48,380 nucleotides of DNA from a virus (taxonomy: Duplodnaviria; Caudoviricetes): positions 1 through 48,380 of IMG/VR virus record IMGVR_UViG_3300017766_000684; one strand, given 5' to 3'. Under the pieces are notes generated by a model. That model was not told the origin of the DNA. It ran no database searches and saw only the letters and a program-made list of their open reading frames with translations. Positions 35,568 to 44,835 of this stretch are shown one piece after another. A program made the translations under genes and the position numbers. The stretch's first letter is position 1. Each line of letters begins with the position of its first letter.

Positions 35568-37167
35568 ATACTATATTTAATGTAAAGTTGTTCAGTTGCA
35601 CTATCTCATTAAATTGAACTTTTATGACCCCTGGCGCATTATCGACGGTAGCATACCTTATTTCGTTCACTTCAAACAATTTATATAGTAATTGTTGAGG
35701 ATTGAATTCTTTTCCAAATTCCATATTATCAACATTAAAATGTTCTAAAATTTTCAATCTAGCTTTAGTTTTTATGCTGTTTTCTATTGACTCGTATTTC
35801 TTATCTATTCTTATTGATATAATCAAATCTAAAGTTCTTATCAACCCATCTACTATGACTATATCGTCTGTAATCATTTTCTTTGGTTCTATGGCCTGAA
35901 GTATTTGCCTCTTGTATTCTGGGGTAGCTTTTCTAAGTTGTATATCATCAGACTTTTCTAAGACATAAATATCTATAGTATTAGCAGATGAGAATGCTCT
36001 TCTAGTAACTGCTGTAGCTTTTCCGATTGATCCGTAAGAGGTTATAAATGAGTTTACAAATGCTTTATAATCACTTAATGTTACTAATCTATCCTGTGAT
36101 CTAAATCTAAGTGGGCCATATTTCTTTGCATGCTCTATTGTCTCAGCATTAGCACCCCCAGTAGCTTTGGATGTATTTTCAATTGTTGAATCAATGTTAA
36201 TACCCTCTGATGAGGAATTTGTGTAAAATACGCAAGGAAGCTCCGCATTAATTAAACTTTTTGAAATGTTACCTCTAGTTCCACCACCAACTCTGTAAAT
36301 AATTGTGTATGAATCACCATTTAGAGGAACTTTACCTAAATTGTTATCTCCAAAAACTACAGTAACTCTCCTTTCATCGTCTGACAGTGATTGAAATATT
36401 TTTTCATCACCGCTTGAAGCGTAGAACAAATTCTCTACTTCTAAATACTGTCCACTTGTAGACCCCTGCCCAGTGACAAATGCTTGTATGCTCCCTTCAA
36501 TGACTGGATTTTTTTGAAGAACAACAGATTTTAATGATTCCGTATCTGAGAAAATTCCAGTCTCAACTACCAAGGATCCTTCAAGAATGACTAAGCTAGA
36601 CACAACAGTTGAAGATGCTTTTTCTGAATCATAAATTGTAATGTCCCCTGAGCTATCAGCCATGTCAATATCACCGTCAACAGAAACTTTATACAAAGTA
36701 TAGCTCATAGGATTTCCATCCTCTGGTGATGTTATTGTTATAACTCTATTTTGTGCAGGCACTTTAAGTCTAGATGCTGACACCCAACCAGGATCGGAAT
36801 TTAAAGTTATTTTTGCATTGGCCGCCGCAGCTATCGGACCTCTCATTCTTATTCCAATAAGCTCTAAAAGTTTTTTAACACTATTTCTAGATCTTGCAGT
36901 TGAAAGAAATGATTCATTAGCTAAGTAATCAGCTTTATATGACATGATGTGACCCATGTATGCCACCAACTCAATCAACATCATGCCGAAGTCAGATTCT
37001 GAAAAATAATTATAATCTAAAGGATAAACTGCTTTAATATAATTTATTAATGAATCTCTTAAAGTTGTGAAATCTTGCGCGGAATAATTTATTAAATTAG
37101 ACTTTTCTTGTTCGTCTATGTTTAATAATTTTAAAAAATCTGATTCTACAGTGCCTTTAAATTTCAT
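35560..37167 (-). CDS. gp6: Baseplate wedge subunit (T4 gp6 / baseplate J-like)
   Basis: DFTTLRDSLINY, ELVAYMG, NESFLSTAR, VFGDNNLGKVP, YRVGGG..GN, GGANAETIE, QDRLVT.SDY. Confidence 0.9.
   Translation of the reverse strand: MKFKGTVESDFLKLLNIDEQEKSNLINYSAQDFTTLRDSLINYIKAVYPLDYNYFSESDFGMMLIELVAYMGHIMSYKADYLANESFLSTARSRNSVKKLLELIGIRMRGPIAAAANAKITLNSDPGWVSASRLKVPAQNRVITITSPEDGNPMSYTLYKVSVDGDIDMADSSGDITIYDSEKASSTVVSSLVILEGSLVVETGIFSDTESLKSVVLQKNPVIEGSIQAFVTGQGSTSGQYLEVENLFYASSGDEKIFQSLSDDERRVTVVFGDNNLGKVPLNGDSYTIIYRVGGGTRGNISKSLINAELPCVFYTNSSSEGINIDSTIENTSKATGGANAETIEHAKKYGPLRFRSQDRLVTLSDYKAFVNSFITSYGSIGKATAVTRRAFSSANTIDIYVLEKSDDIQLRKATPEYKRQILQAIEPKKMITDDIVIVDGLIRTLDLIISIRIDKKYESIENSIKTKARLKILEHFNVDNMEFGKEFNPQQLLYKLFEVNEIRYATVDNAPGVIKVQFNEIVQLNNFTLNIVYV
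35574..35579 (-). promoter_or_regulatory. Putative late promoter (TAAATA) inside the 3' end of gp6
   Basis: TTAAATA 6 nt upstream of the ATG at 35567. Confidence 0.4.
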
Positions 37168-37631
37168 TATGATATTCTCACTTTAACTTCAAAAGAAAGA
37201 TTTTCATTTTCTTTAATACTACAAAAAAGTTTAATATACAAAGCATGCCCTCCGTTAAGATCAATATTATCAGACGGGAAGACTTGAATTTTATTAACCT
37301 CTACATTAGTTGCATAAGCTTCAACAGACTCTAATATTTCTTGTCTAATTTGGCTTAATAATAATTGATCTAACGGTTCCATCAGATAATTTTTTAAATT
37401 AGTTCCAAAATTAGGCAACATAACTCTTTCGCCTCTATTCGTTGTCAGTAGCTGATTTAAATTAGAAATTATTAATTCTAAGCCAGAAGATTTTTTAAGA
37501 AATTTTCCCCCATCAGTGTTACTGATGGGATAATTAAATCCATAGAAAGACTTCCCTTTTGTCTTAGTATTAAAACTAGAATCTTTAGCTGGATTAATTC
37601 CGTATAAATTTACTTCTTGATTTAGGGCCAT
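37167..37631 (-). CDS. gp25: Baseplate wedge / sheath initiator (T4 gp25-like)
   Basis: NQLLTTNRGERVMLPNFGTNLKNYLMEP. Confidence 0.92.
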   Translation of the reverse strand: MALNQEVNLYGINPAKDSSFNTKTKGKSFYGFNYPISNTDGGKFLKKSSGLELIISNLNQLLTTNRGERVMLPNFGTNLKNYLMEPLDQLLLSQIRQEILESVEAYATNVEVNKIQVFPSDNIDLNGGHALYIKLFCSIKENENLSFEVKVRIS

Positions 37632-37632
37632 T

Positions 37633-40332
37633 TTATAAATTAGTGATGTCTATGTTCTCAAAGAAGCCTTTGTGAGCATTATAATTATCTACTACCTCAC
37701 TTGGATCTATAGGTCTAGAATAGAACTTTAAGCTACCTAAATATCCATTTAATCCACTTTTTATTCCACCATATTGAGTTCCCATAAAGTTACCATAGTT
37801 AAACATACCATCGGTATATCCTCCACCAACTATCCAAGGAGTAAAATAGGTGTCTAATCCAGGACCAGATTTGATAACATCAGGGGCATCAGGGTTCAAA
37901 TTATTTGATGAGTATTTAAAACTATTATTCTTTTTAAAGGTTGGGATGTTTGGCATCTTGTATTTTTCTATTCCAAACACTTCCGATAATGAGGATGTCG
38001 TTGTTAAAGTAGAGTCTAAGTAAAATCTTATTTCATCTTTCTTTGGATCAAAAGTTACAACAACATGACAGAATTTATTTCCGCAAGATGAAAAATATTT
38101 ATCTGTGGTAGAGTCATTAATTTTTTGAATCATACTTAAGTTCTTGTAACCAGAGTAACAATCGTCTGAATCATAAAATGATGATCTTATAAAGTTTACA
38201 GATGACAGACTTGTGGATTGCGTTGGTGCTATAAAGAATACAGAGTTAGACACCTGATTATCTGTAGGGGAAAGACTAGGTTGAGTTTCCTTAGTTATTC
38301 TATCATCTCTTGAGAACCCCATTACAAATCCTCTGACAGATTGAGTTCCCAAATTATTACCAGTTGAATTTATTGTTGCAGTTGCCTCTCCCCCTGTATT
38401 CTCGTTAGCTAACACTAGTCTAAACATACTTGATACATTGTCTTTATCATATCCAGCTATGGAAGAGATGCTAGGAGTGTGAACCCAGAAATCAATTGTT
38501 GCCCCATCTGGATTGTATAATAAATCATTAAATTGTTTTATATTTGGCAACCTGACGAAGCTTCCTATACCACTGACAGAACTTGGAGATGTAGACGAAT
38601 GTTTAGTTATTCCTTCTAAATAAGGAATTCCAAGTCCAGATCTAAAAATCTCATCTGTATTTTCGGCAACTAATTGAGCATAGTGTTCATCAGTTTTTGA
38701 TAAATTATTTCTGCATGTAAATGATGTTGAGGATGGAACTTCAACATTAGCATCTAAGAAGTTATATATGGCTATACATCTGTTTGTAGCTATGAAATGC
38801 TCTGCTGGCAAAATAGCGGCAGCCTCTATGGAAGATACTGAACTTCCATCATATATAATTGCAGCATCCCCCTGATCTGTTATCAATAAATGCTCCGTTG
38901 ACGAGTTTTTAGAATTTACCTTGGATAGTGTCTGAGATGGTAGTTGTATAGGGGCAACTACACCATCAATATCCACTTGAGAGAACATTAAAGATTTTTG
39001 CTTTTGTATATCAAGTCCTATGTTCATACCTGCCAAATACGAGAAATCATTAACTGGTATTTCTCCCGGCAGGAATATTGTTGAACTAGCATTTGAAAAT
39101 CTTTGAGGTAATTTTATTGCTAACTCTATTTGCTTTTTTCTTTTGTTAATTACTTTTATATGATTTGTATTTTCTGCAATCAAAGATTGTTTGTAATTAA
39201 ATATTACGGAATTTGGTGCCGATGCAGATTCTAATTCAGATATCTGAGCAGATAAGTCATACAATCTTTTATTTTTATTATTTACTAACTCTTGTAAGAA
39301 TCCGTCTTTATTATAATAAGTTTGCAATAACTCAGTATCGTCGATTATATCAGGATCTAGTATAGTATTAACGTAGAGTTTTAAATTTTCACTCGTTATA
39401 CCCTTGCCCCTCCCCCCAAGATTTGGGTCCTGGTCCATCTTCCATTTATTTTCTAATTGAATATTTAATTTCTTTAATTCTACGTAATTTAATGCCGGGG
39501 ATATTCCGCTAGATTGTGAATCAAAATATATTCCATCATTAGATAATATGAATTGACCAAATATTGATTTTGGCGGTTCATAGATTAGTCTGAATATTTC
39601 TTTGGGATCAGTTGTTGAAGGTAAACATTGTGCCTCAAATCTAGTTCCCGACAGATACTGGATAGCTTCACAGTTGAACACTGGCTCCAGTTCTGGATTT
39701 TGTGCTCTCGCAGCTAGTATGTCATTTATAATTTCAAGTTGCGCATCGGCTGAAACAATAAAATCTCTAGCCTGCTGCATTTGAGAAATTTCTACGGCAT
39801 ACAAATCATTAATGTAAGTATTGTATTCTTCGTCTGTAAGCCCTGCGAGAGCGTTACCTGAGTTTCCGTTTTTATACTTTAAGTAATCAGTGTAAGTCCT
39901 AAAGCAATCTCTAATGCCATTTATTTGGTTTACTGTAGTTTGGTAATTTTGATATAGGCTTCCAGCAAAGGCTGTGGCCGCATTTAAGAAGCCTAAAGCA
40001 TCAGATAAAAAGTTACCACCGTTTCTGTCATATCCGTTTTTAGAGGATGCTGAGATAAATATGAATCCACCATTCTCTGTGTCCCATTGAATAATTCCTA
40101 AAGTTTCTCTTAGAAAGTTGTTTATGCTCTGCATAACGCTGTCTGCTGCGTCTCGGCCAGAAAGGAGGTCTTGAGCTACCCCTCCGAGAATGGAGCCTGG
40201 GAGGGCGTTAAGGATGTCTTGGGCGAGTCCTATCATGCATTGTGGAACTCCAAAAGCTGTGCCTACAGCCGTTGGAAAGTCGCCTCCAGTGCTTGCTACT
40301 CTTGCTGCTGCTCTTAAATCAAATACTGCCAT
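37633..40332 (-). CDS. Virion protein with a C-terminal concanavalin A/LamG-like domain
   Basis: TIDFWVH...HVVVTFD...IRFYLD...GYLGSLKFYSRPI...EV..NY. Confidence 0.65.
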   Translation of the reverse strand: MAVFDLRAAARVASTGGDFPTAVGTAFGVPQCMIGLAQDILNALPGSILGGVAQDLLSGRDAADSVMQSINNFLRETLGIIQWDTENGGFIFISASSKNGYDRNGGNFLSDALGFLNAATAFAGSLYQNYQTTVNQINGIRDCFRTYTDYLKYKNGNSGNALAGLTDEEYNTYINDLYAVEISQMQQARDFIVSADAQLEIINDILAARAQNPELEPVFNCEAIQYLSGTRFEAQCLPSTTDPKEIFRLIYEPPKSIFGQFILSNDGIYFDSQSSGISPALNYVELKKLNIQLENKWKMDQDPNLGGRGKGITSENLKLYVNTILDPDIIDDTELLQTYYNKDGFLQELVNNKNKRLYDLSAQISELESASAPNSVIFNYKQSLIAENTNHIKVINKRKKQIELAIKLPQRFSNASSTIFLPGEIPVNDFSYLAGMNIGLDIQKQKSLMFSQVDIDGVVAPIQLPSQTLSKVNSKNSSTEHLLITDQGDAAIIYDGSSVSSIEAAAILPAEHFIATNRCIAIYNFLDANVEVPSSTSFTCRNNLSKTDEHYAQLVAENTDEIFRSGLGIPYLEGITKHSSTSPSSVSGIGSFVRLPNIKQFNDLLYNPDGATIDFWVHTPSISSIAGYDKDNVSSMFRLVLANENTGGEATATINSTGNNLGTQSVRGFVMGFSRDDRITKETQPSLSPTDNQVSNSVFFIAPTQSTSLSSVNFIRSSFYDSDDCYSGYKNLSMIQKINDSTTDKYFSSCGNKFCHVVVTFDPKKDEIRFYLDSTLTTTSSLSEVFGIEKYKMPNIPTFKKNNSFKYSSNNLNPDAPDVIKSGPGLDTYFTPWIVGGGYTDGMFNYGNFMGTQYGGIKSGLNGYLGSLKFYSRPIDPSEVVDNYNAHKGFFENIDITNL

Positions 40333-40333
40333 A

Positions 40334-41407
40334 TTATCTTCCGTATGCGTTAGGTGTTGGTGGGGTTGGTGTTATTCTAGGTTGTGATATTTGAACTGGT
40401 GAGTTAAGCTCTAGCGGAGTTCCAGTGAGCCCTACATTTGTCCCTGCGGCCCCGGCAACTGTCGCTGTAGCTGTGCTTGTCATATTCAAACTAGCTCCTG
40501 CCCTCAAATTAATATTTAGTGCCGCATCAAGGTTAATACTACCAGCAGAGGATTTTATATTTATATCTGATGCGGAGTTTACATTTACTGTAGCTCCATA
40601 CACTGAAATAGTTCCGCCCCTTAATTGAATTAAACCTAAGGGAGTTGATATAAATACATTACCTGTTACCCCGTCAGTGTAAATATTAATATCCTTCCAT
40701 TTGCTAACTAAGTTTACATTCCCGTATTGAGGGAGAGGTGCCGCCATATATCCAGCGGAATTATTAACAATAGATATGTCTCTGCCCTCCACTAATCCCA
40801 TGTAAATTTCTCCATAGAACGAGGTGCAACGGTAGTTGCCCTTGGAAACTATGTCGATAGAGTTACTGGCATGGGAGGCATTTTTATTTGCGGTTATTGT
40901 TATGCCATCTCCATCTTTATTTCTTAAGATGACGCAATCTTTTATTGGGCTGTCACTTAAGTTCAATAAATGTCCTTGAGTGCTTTTTAAAGTTACTTGG
41001 TTGATAGCGGGCTGAGTATCGTCAGTAAACTGATTAGATATTTTTAGACCAGCATCTTTACCATTCTTAAAGGTCATTGTCTGCGGTCTAAATTTTTTAT
41101 TGTATATGTATTTTTCAATTAAAGGCTTTTCGTTAGCCTTGTCACTTATGCCAGATGTTCTGGCGGAGTCTTGCACTATGGTAGAGATGTAAAAATATTC
41201 ATTAGTTTTATCATCATAAAATACTAAGATTTCTGAGCCAACCGGAGGTATAGTTATGATGCCACTTTCATGCCTGAGAAAATAAGGTGAAGTGTATATT
41301 ACGGTTTCCGGTTTATCCTTGTCATAGTCTGGTGCCATTGTGACTAGGAACTTTCCGCTCATCTCTTCATCTACGATTGAATGGACTCTAGCTCTGAGGA
41401 CGTTCAT
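40334..41407 (-). CDS. Baseplate central spike (gp5/VgrG-like OB-fold plus beta-helix, no lysozyme domain seen)
   Basis: IPPVGSEILVF OB-fold motif; C-terminal short repeats (NVNSASDINIKS.AGSINLDA..NINLRAG). Confidence 0.75.
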   Translation of the reverse strand: MNVLRARVHSIVDEEMSGKFLVTMAPDYDKDKPETVIYTSPYFLRHESGIITIPPVGSEILVFYDDKTNEYFYISTIVQDSARTSGISDKANEKPLIEKYIYNKKFRPQTMTFKNGKDAGLKISNQFTDDTQPAINQVTLKSTQGHLLNLSDSPIKDCVILRNKDGDGITITANKNASHASNSIDIVSKGNYRCTSFYGEIYMGLVEGRDISIVNNSAGYMAAPLPQYGNVNLVSKWKDINIYTDGVTGNVFISTPLGLIQLRGGTISVYGATVNVNSASDINIKSSAGSINLDAALNINLRAGASLNMTSTATATVAGAAGTNVGLTGTPLELNSPVQISQPRITPTPPTPNAYGR

Positions 41408-43569
41408 AGAGTCTCCATTGTCTTCTTGATTAATCTAAATTCTGAATACATATCATCCTCTTCAATTACATGCTTAAATCCAACTATATTATAAATACCA
41501 GAAAAATAATCCAAAAAATCTTCGGGTGTCTTTAGCGCATTATTTACAGGGCTTATTTGTGCAATAACTTTCTTAGATATTAATAAAGATAATTGATTTG
41601 ATACATTCTTAATAGAAGACATATTGAAGTAAGGCAGAGTTCTTACTTTTATTTCTAAAGATCCTATTTTGTAAAGTATTCTAAACAAAGTTGATCTTCT
41701 AAAATCATCAGTCTCTGATCCATAAGCATCATGCATTATTAACAAAGAATCTTTATCTTGTAAAAATTTATAAATGACGGCAGCTAAAGTTTTAACGTAA
41801 TCAGTATTTCCAAGAATTACATTTTCAATTTCTTCTCTTTCTTTTCTAGATACGGCATCTTTCCCAAATCTTGCTTTTTCAAATTTTTGAAGATCATTTT
41901 TAGTTAACAATAAACGATCTCCAAGTATTTCTTCAATATCGTCTACAGTTAATTCAGATAAATCATATCCTGCCTCTATAAATTGAGTAGCCTCATCAAT
42001 TAATTTTTCAACATCAGATTTTTCTTTTTCGTATTTCTTTACATCATCTTGTTTCTTTGCGGCCAAAACTAATTCATTATACGATGCTGTTTGAGATGCT
42101 ACGTTGAGTGCCAGTAAATATGGATTTTGAACATTTTCTATGTTGATAGATATTACATTTGAATTTTTTAAATTATTAATAAAAATTGGAATGTTATCTT
42201 CTTCAAATAATCTAGACTTTTGTATTAAGTTTTGTAATACAGGATCAATCACCTTATTGACTCCGGGCCCTTTAAAAGAAAGCTCATCTAATAATATCTT
42301 CTCTGAGAATGCAGATGAATTGTTTTTTATCTTAAATACTTTATCTAAGCGTTGATCGTAGTCTCCCCTCTCAGGCATGGACTTATATTCAGGATTTTCC
42401 ATAAGTTTTGTAGAAAAATTAGCACTCTTCAATAAGCTTCGATATGCATATTCGTTAACTTGAAATTCTAAACCAGCAACAACAACTCTCTCGTCATCTG
42501 AACTTATCAGACCAGACTCTCGGAAAAATGAAATCATCTCTAGATCATTTTCCTCAGTGACTATAAAATTGCCAGCGTCAGATTCTATACAAGTTTGTAA
42601 AGCTTTAGAAAGAGTATTCAATGGGGTGTAAACATCAAACCCGACTGGAGACATTGATTCAAACAATTTTTCAGTCATCTTACCGTGAGAGAACGTCACA
42701 ACGGTTTGTTTTTCTATTCTACCTTTTTTATCATCTTCCTCAAAAAGAAGATCTAATGTGGAATTTCCAGCGGAATTACCTCCAGGTGAAGTCACATCCG
42801 ATATGTATTTCAAAGGTTTAGATTTCTTTAAGAAAAATAAATTTTCAAAAGCTTCATCTGGACTTTTATATTCTCTTTTCTTACCTATATTATTTACTTT
42901 TGAAGTGACACCCTCTGGAATTAGAAGAATTACATTTTTTGTTGCACAAACACCTTCAAGATATTTTTTATAAAACTTATACAAAATCATCTCATAGGAA
43001 TCTTTGTCTTCTATTTTAACTTCTATATTTAAAACTTTATTTGCGTCTGTGATACCAAGATGTTTAGCCTTTGGATTTATTTGTTTGAGATCAAAGTATA
43101 TTGGTTTTTGAAATAATGGAGAGTTTATAGGAATGTAATACAGAGTAAAATATCTAACTCCATTTTTTATATCAATATCAGCTTTGTATAGTTCAAAAGA
43201 CATTGGGTTAGACCAATCCTTCCTGAATTCCCCACAGCCAAATGAGGCGTATATCTTGTCTACGCCAGAAGATCTTTTGTTATTGGCTGCTATTTTTAAC
43301 ATTGACTCTAAAGGAACGGTATCAGTTTTAAAATAATCTAATTCAAACCTACCATCTACGTCAGCAAAATTAAGGACTAAAAATTTATGGCTATCTGTAG
43401 AAAAATTTAACTCATATTCTATGGAAACTAGATATTTATTGTTTTTTGGAGATATCAAAAATTTATTTTTATCAATAGAATTTAAATCTATTTTATCTTT
43501 GATAAATAAATTTTGTAAGGATTTTGCATCCCTAGTCACCAATACATTAGCTGTTAAAACTTTAGCCAT
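41404..43569 (-). CDS. Putative baseplate hub protein (gp27-like)
   Basis: Position between the gp53-like and gp5-like genes; C-terminal IKVRTLPYF...FSGIYNIVGFKHVI...SEFRLIK. Confidence 0.55.
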   Translation of the reverse strand: MAKVLTANVLVTRDAKSLQNLFIKDKIDLNSIDKNKFLISPKNNKYLVSIEYELNFSTDSHKFLVLNFADVDGRFELDYFKTDTVPLESMLKIAANNKRSSGVDKIYASFGCGEFRKDWSNPMSFELYKADIDIKNGVRYFTLYYIPINSPLFQKPIYFDLKQINPKAKHLGITDANKVLNIEVKIEDKDSYEMILYKFYKKYLEGVCATKNVILLIPEGVTSKVNNIGKKREYKSPDEAFENLFFLKKSKPLKYISDVTSPGGNSAGNSTLDLLFEEDDKKGRIEKQTVVTFSHGKMTEKLFESMSPVGFDVYTPLNTLSKALQTCIESDAGNFIVTEENDLEMISFFRESGLISSDDERVVVAGLEFQVNEYAYRSLLKSANFSTKLMENPEYKSMPERGDYDQRLDKVFKIKNNSSAFSEKILLDELSFKGPGVNKVIDPVLQNLIQKSRLFEEDNIPIFINNLKNSNVISINIENVQNPYLLALNVASQTASYNELVLAAKKQDDVKKYEKEKSDVEKLIDEATQFIEAGYDLSELTVDDIEEILGDRLLLTKNDLQKFEKARFGKDAVSRKEREEIENVILGNTDYVKTLAAVIYKFLQDKDSLLIMHDAYGSETDDFRRSTLFRILYKIGSLEIKVRTLPYFNMSSIKNVSNQLSLLISKKVIAQISPVNNALKTPEDFLDYFSGIYNIVGFKHVIEEDDMYSEFRLIKKTMETL

Positions 43570-43572
43570 AGA

Positions 43573-43860
43573 TTATATAATAGGAATTAATATTCTATCG
43601 CCTACATTTAACTGCTGTAATGGGTCTGATATATTGTTATACATCATGATTAACCAATCATTATTTACAGTATTATAAAAATAATCGGATATCAGATCAG
43701 GTCTATGCTCGTATCCTGCTGGGACATACCCAACATCAACTGTGTCAATATTTATAGAATCTAATGTCTGCTTCAATGCCTCAGCGTCAGATACTAAGAT
43801 CCTCTTCCCTTTGTGAATGACAGCGGAGTTACCAACAGATAAATGATTTAAATAATTCAT
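43573..43860 (-). CDS. Baseplate LysM-like protein (T4 gp53 / P2 gpX-like)
   Basis: RPDLISDYFY....WLIMMYNNISDP...L.VGDRILIP. Confidence 0.8.
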   Translation of the reverse strand: MNYLNHLSVGNSAVIHKGKRILVSDAEALKQTLDSINIDTVDVGYVPAGYEHRPDLISDYFYNTVNNDWLIMMYNNISDPLQQLNVGDRILIPII

Positions 43861-44828
43861 GATGTCTTATAGTAGTTATAAGGATCCATTGTTCCCTTAT
43901 CTAGTATACATTCCCATCCAGCTAAATTTTCTCCTTGGACATGCTTAAATGGTTGAAACTGTCCGAAATCTCCAGTTCTATTCTCCAAAAGAGTTAAATT
44001 AATTTCTAGAATCTTTGGGGTCAAAGAAGCCAGATCGTAAGCGGACTCATTCCTTAGATCAATAGAATATTTATTGCATACACATGGAATGTTGTTATAC
44101 ATAGTCCCGTGATTTAAATAAATGGTAGGTGGCCCAAGGGATGTATTACTTGAGTTATTAATTACTGAAGTTCTGATTACGTTAAGGAAAAGTATTAGAT
44201 AATTAACTGCTAAATGTTGTCTGTTTATTACTTTGTAATAAGATTTAACAGAAGTGTCTCTGGCATTAATAATACGAGAGTTTATATTTTCAAAAATTGT
44301 TTGTTCTCGACCTGTAATTAATTGATTGATTATTATATTTCCCAAATCTCTTCTTTTTTCATCCTCTAAACCTTTTATTTTGTCGGTCGGAGAAAAATTC
44401 TTTAAATAAGTATCATTTAAAAACTCTGTAGCCCGTCTTATCGCCTCTTGTGAATAAGATAATTTAAATTCAGTTTTATTTTTAAACTTGTTGAATTGTG
44501 GGCGTGTTGGTTCATTAAAGAAATTTATTTCAGGAAGACCAACTTCATGAACATAGTGAGCAATATGATCAAGATTAAAAGAAAATTTTACCTCAAATGA
44601 TCTAGAGTTAGCACCTTGAAATGTGAAAAGATTTCCTGATCTTCCTAAAAGGTTTATCTGCCCCAGTCTAGGAGTTTGCTGTTCCCTAACTGAGATGTTT
44701 TCTAACATAGGTAAATAAAATTCTATATTTTTCTTACCACTTAGCTGAGGGTAGGCATAAAATAAGAATGACCTTTCTGGCAAAAGCCTTGGAACAAATA
44801 CTGGCTCTACTTTTGGTAATTGTCTCAT
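43857..44828 (-). CDS. Tail tube initiator / baseplate-tube junction protein (gp48/gp54-like)
   Basis: LLGRS..FTFQG.NSRSFEVKF, PPTIYLNHG.MY.NIPCVC..YSI, PKILEINLTL.E. Confidence 0.65.
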   Translation of the reverse strand: MRQLPKVEPVFVPRLLPERSFLFYAYPQLSGKKNIEFYLPMLENISVREQQTPRLGQINLLGRSGNLFTFQGANSRSFEVKFSFNLDHIAHYVHEVGLPEINFFNEPTRPQFNKFKNKTEFKLSYSQEAIRRATEFLNDTYLKNFSPTDKIKGLEDEKRRDLGNIIINQLITGREQTIFENINSRIINARDTSVKSYYKVINRQHLAVNYLILFLNVIRTSVINNSSNTSLGPPTIYLNHGTMYNNIPCVCNKYSIDLRNESAYDLASLTPKILEINLTLLENRTGDFGQFQPFKHVQGENLAGWECILDKGTMDPYNYYKTS

Positions 44829-44835
44829 ATTAACC

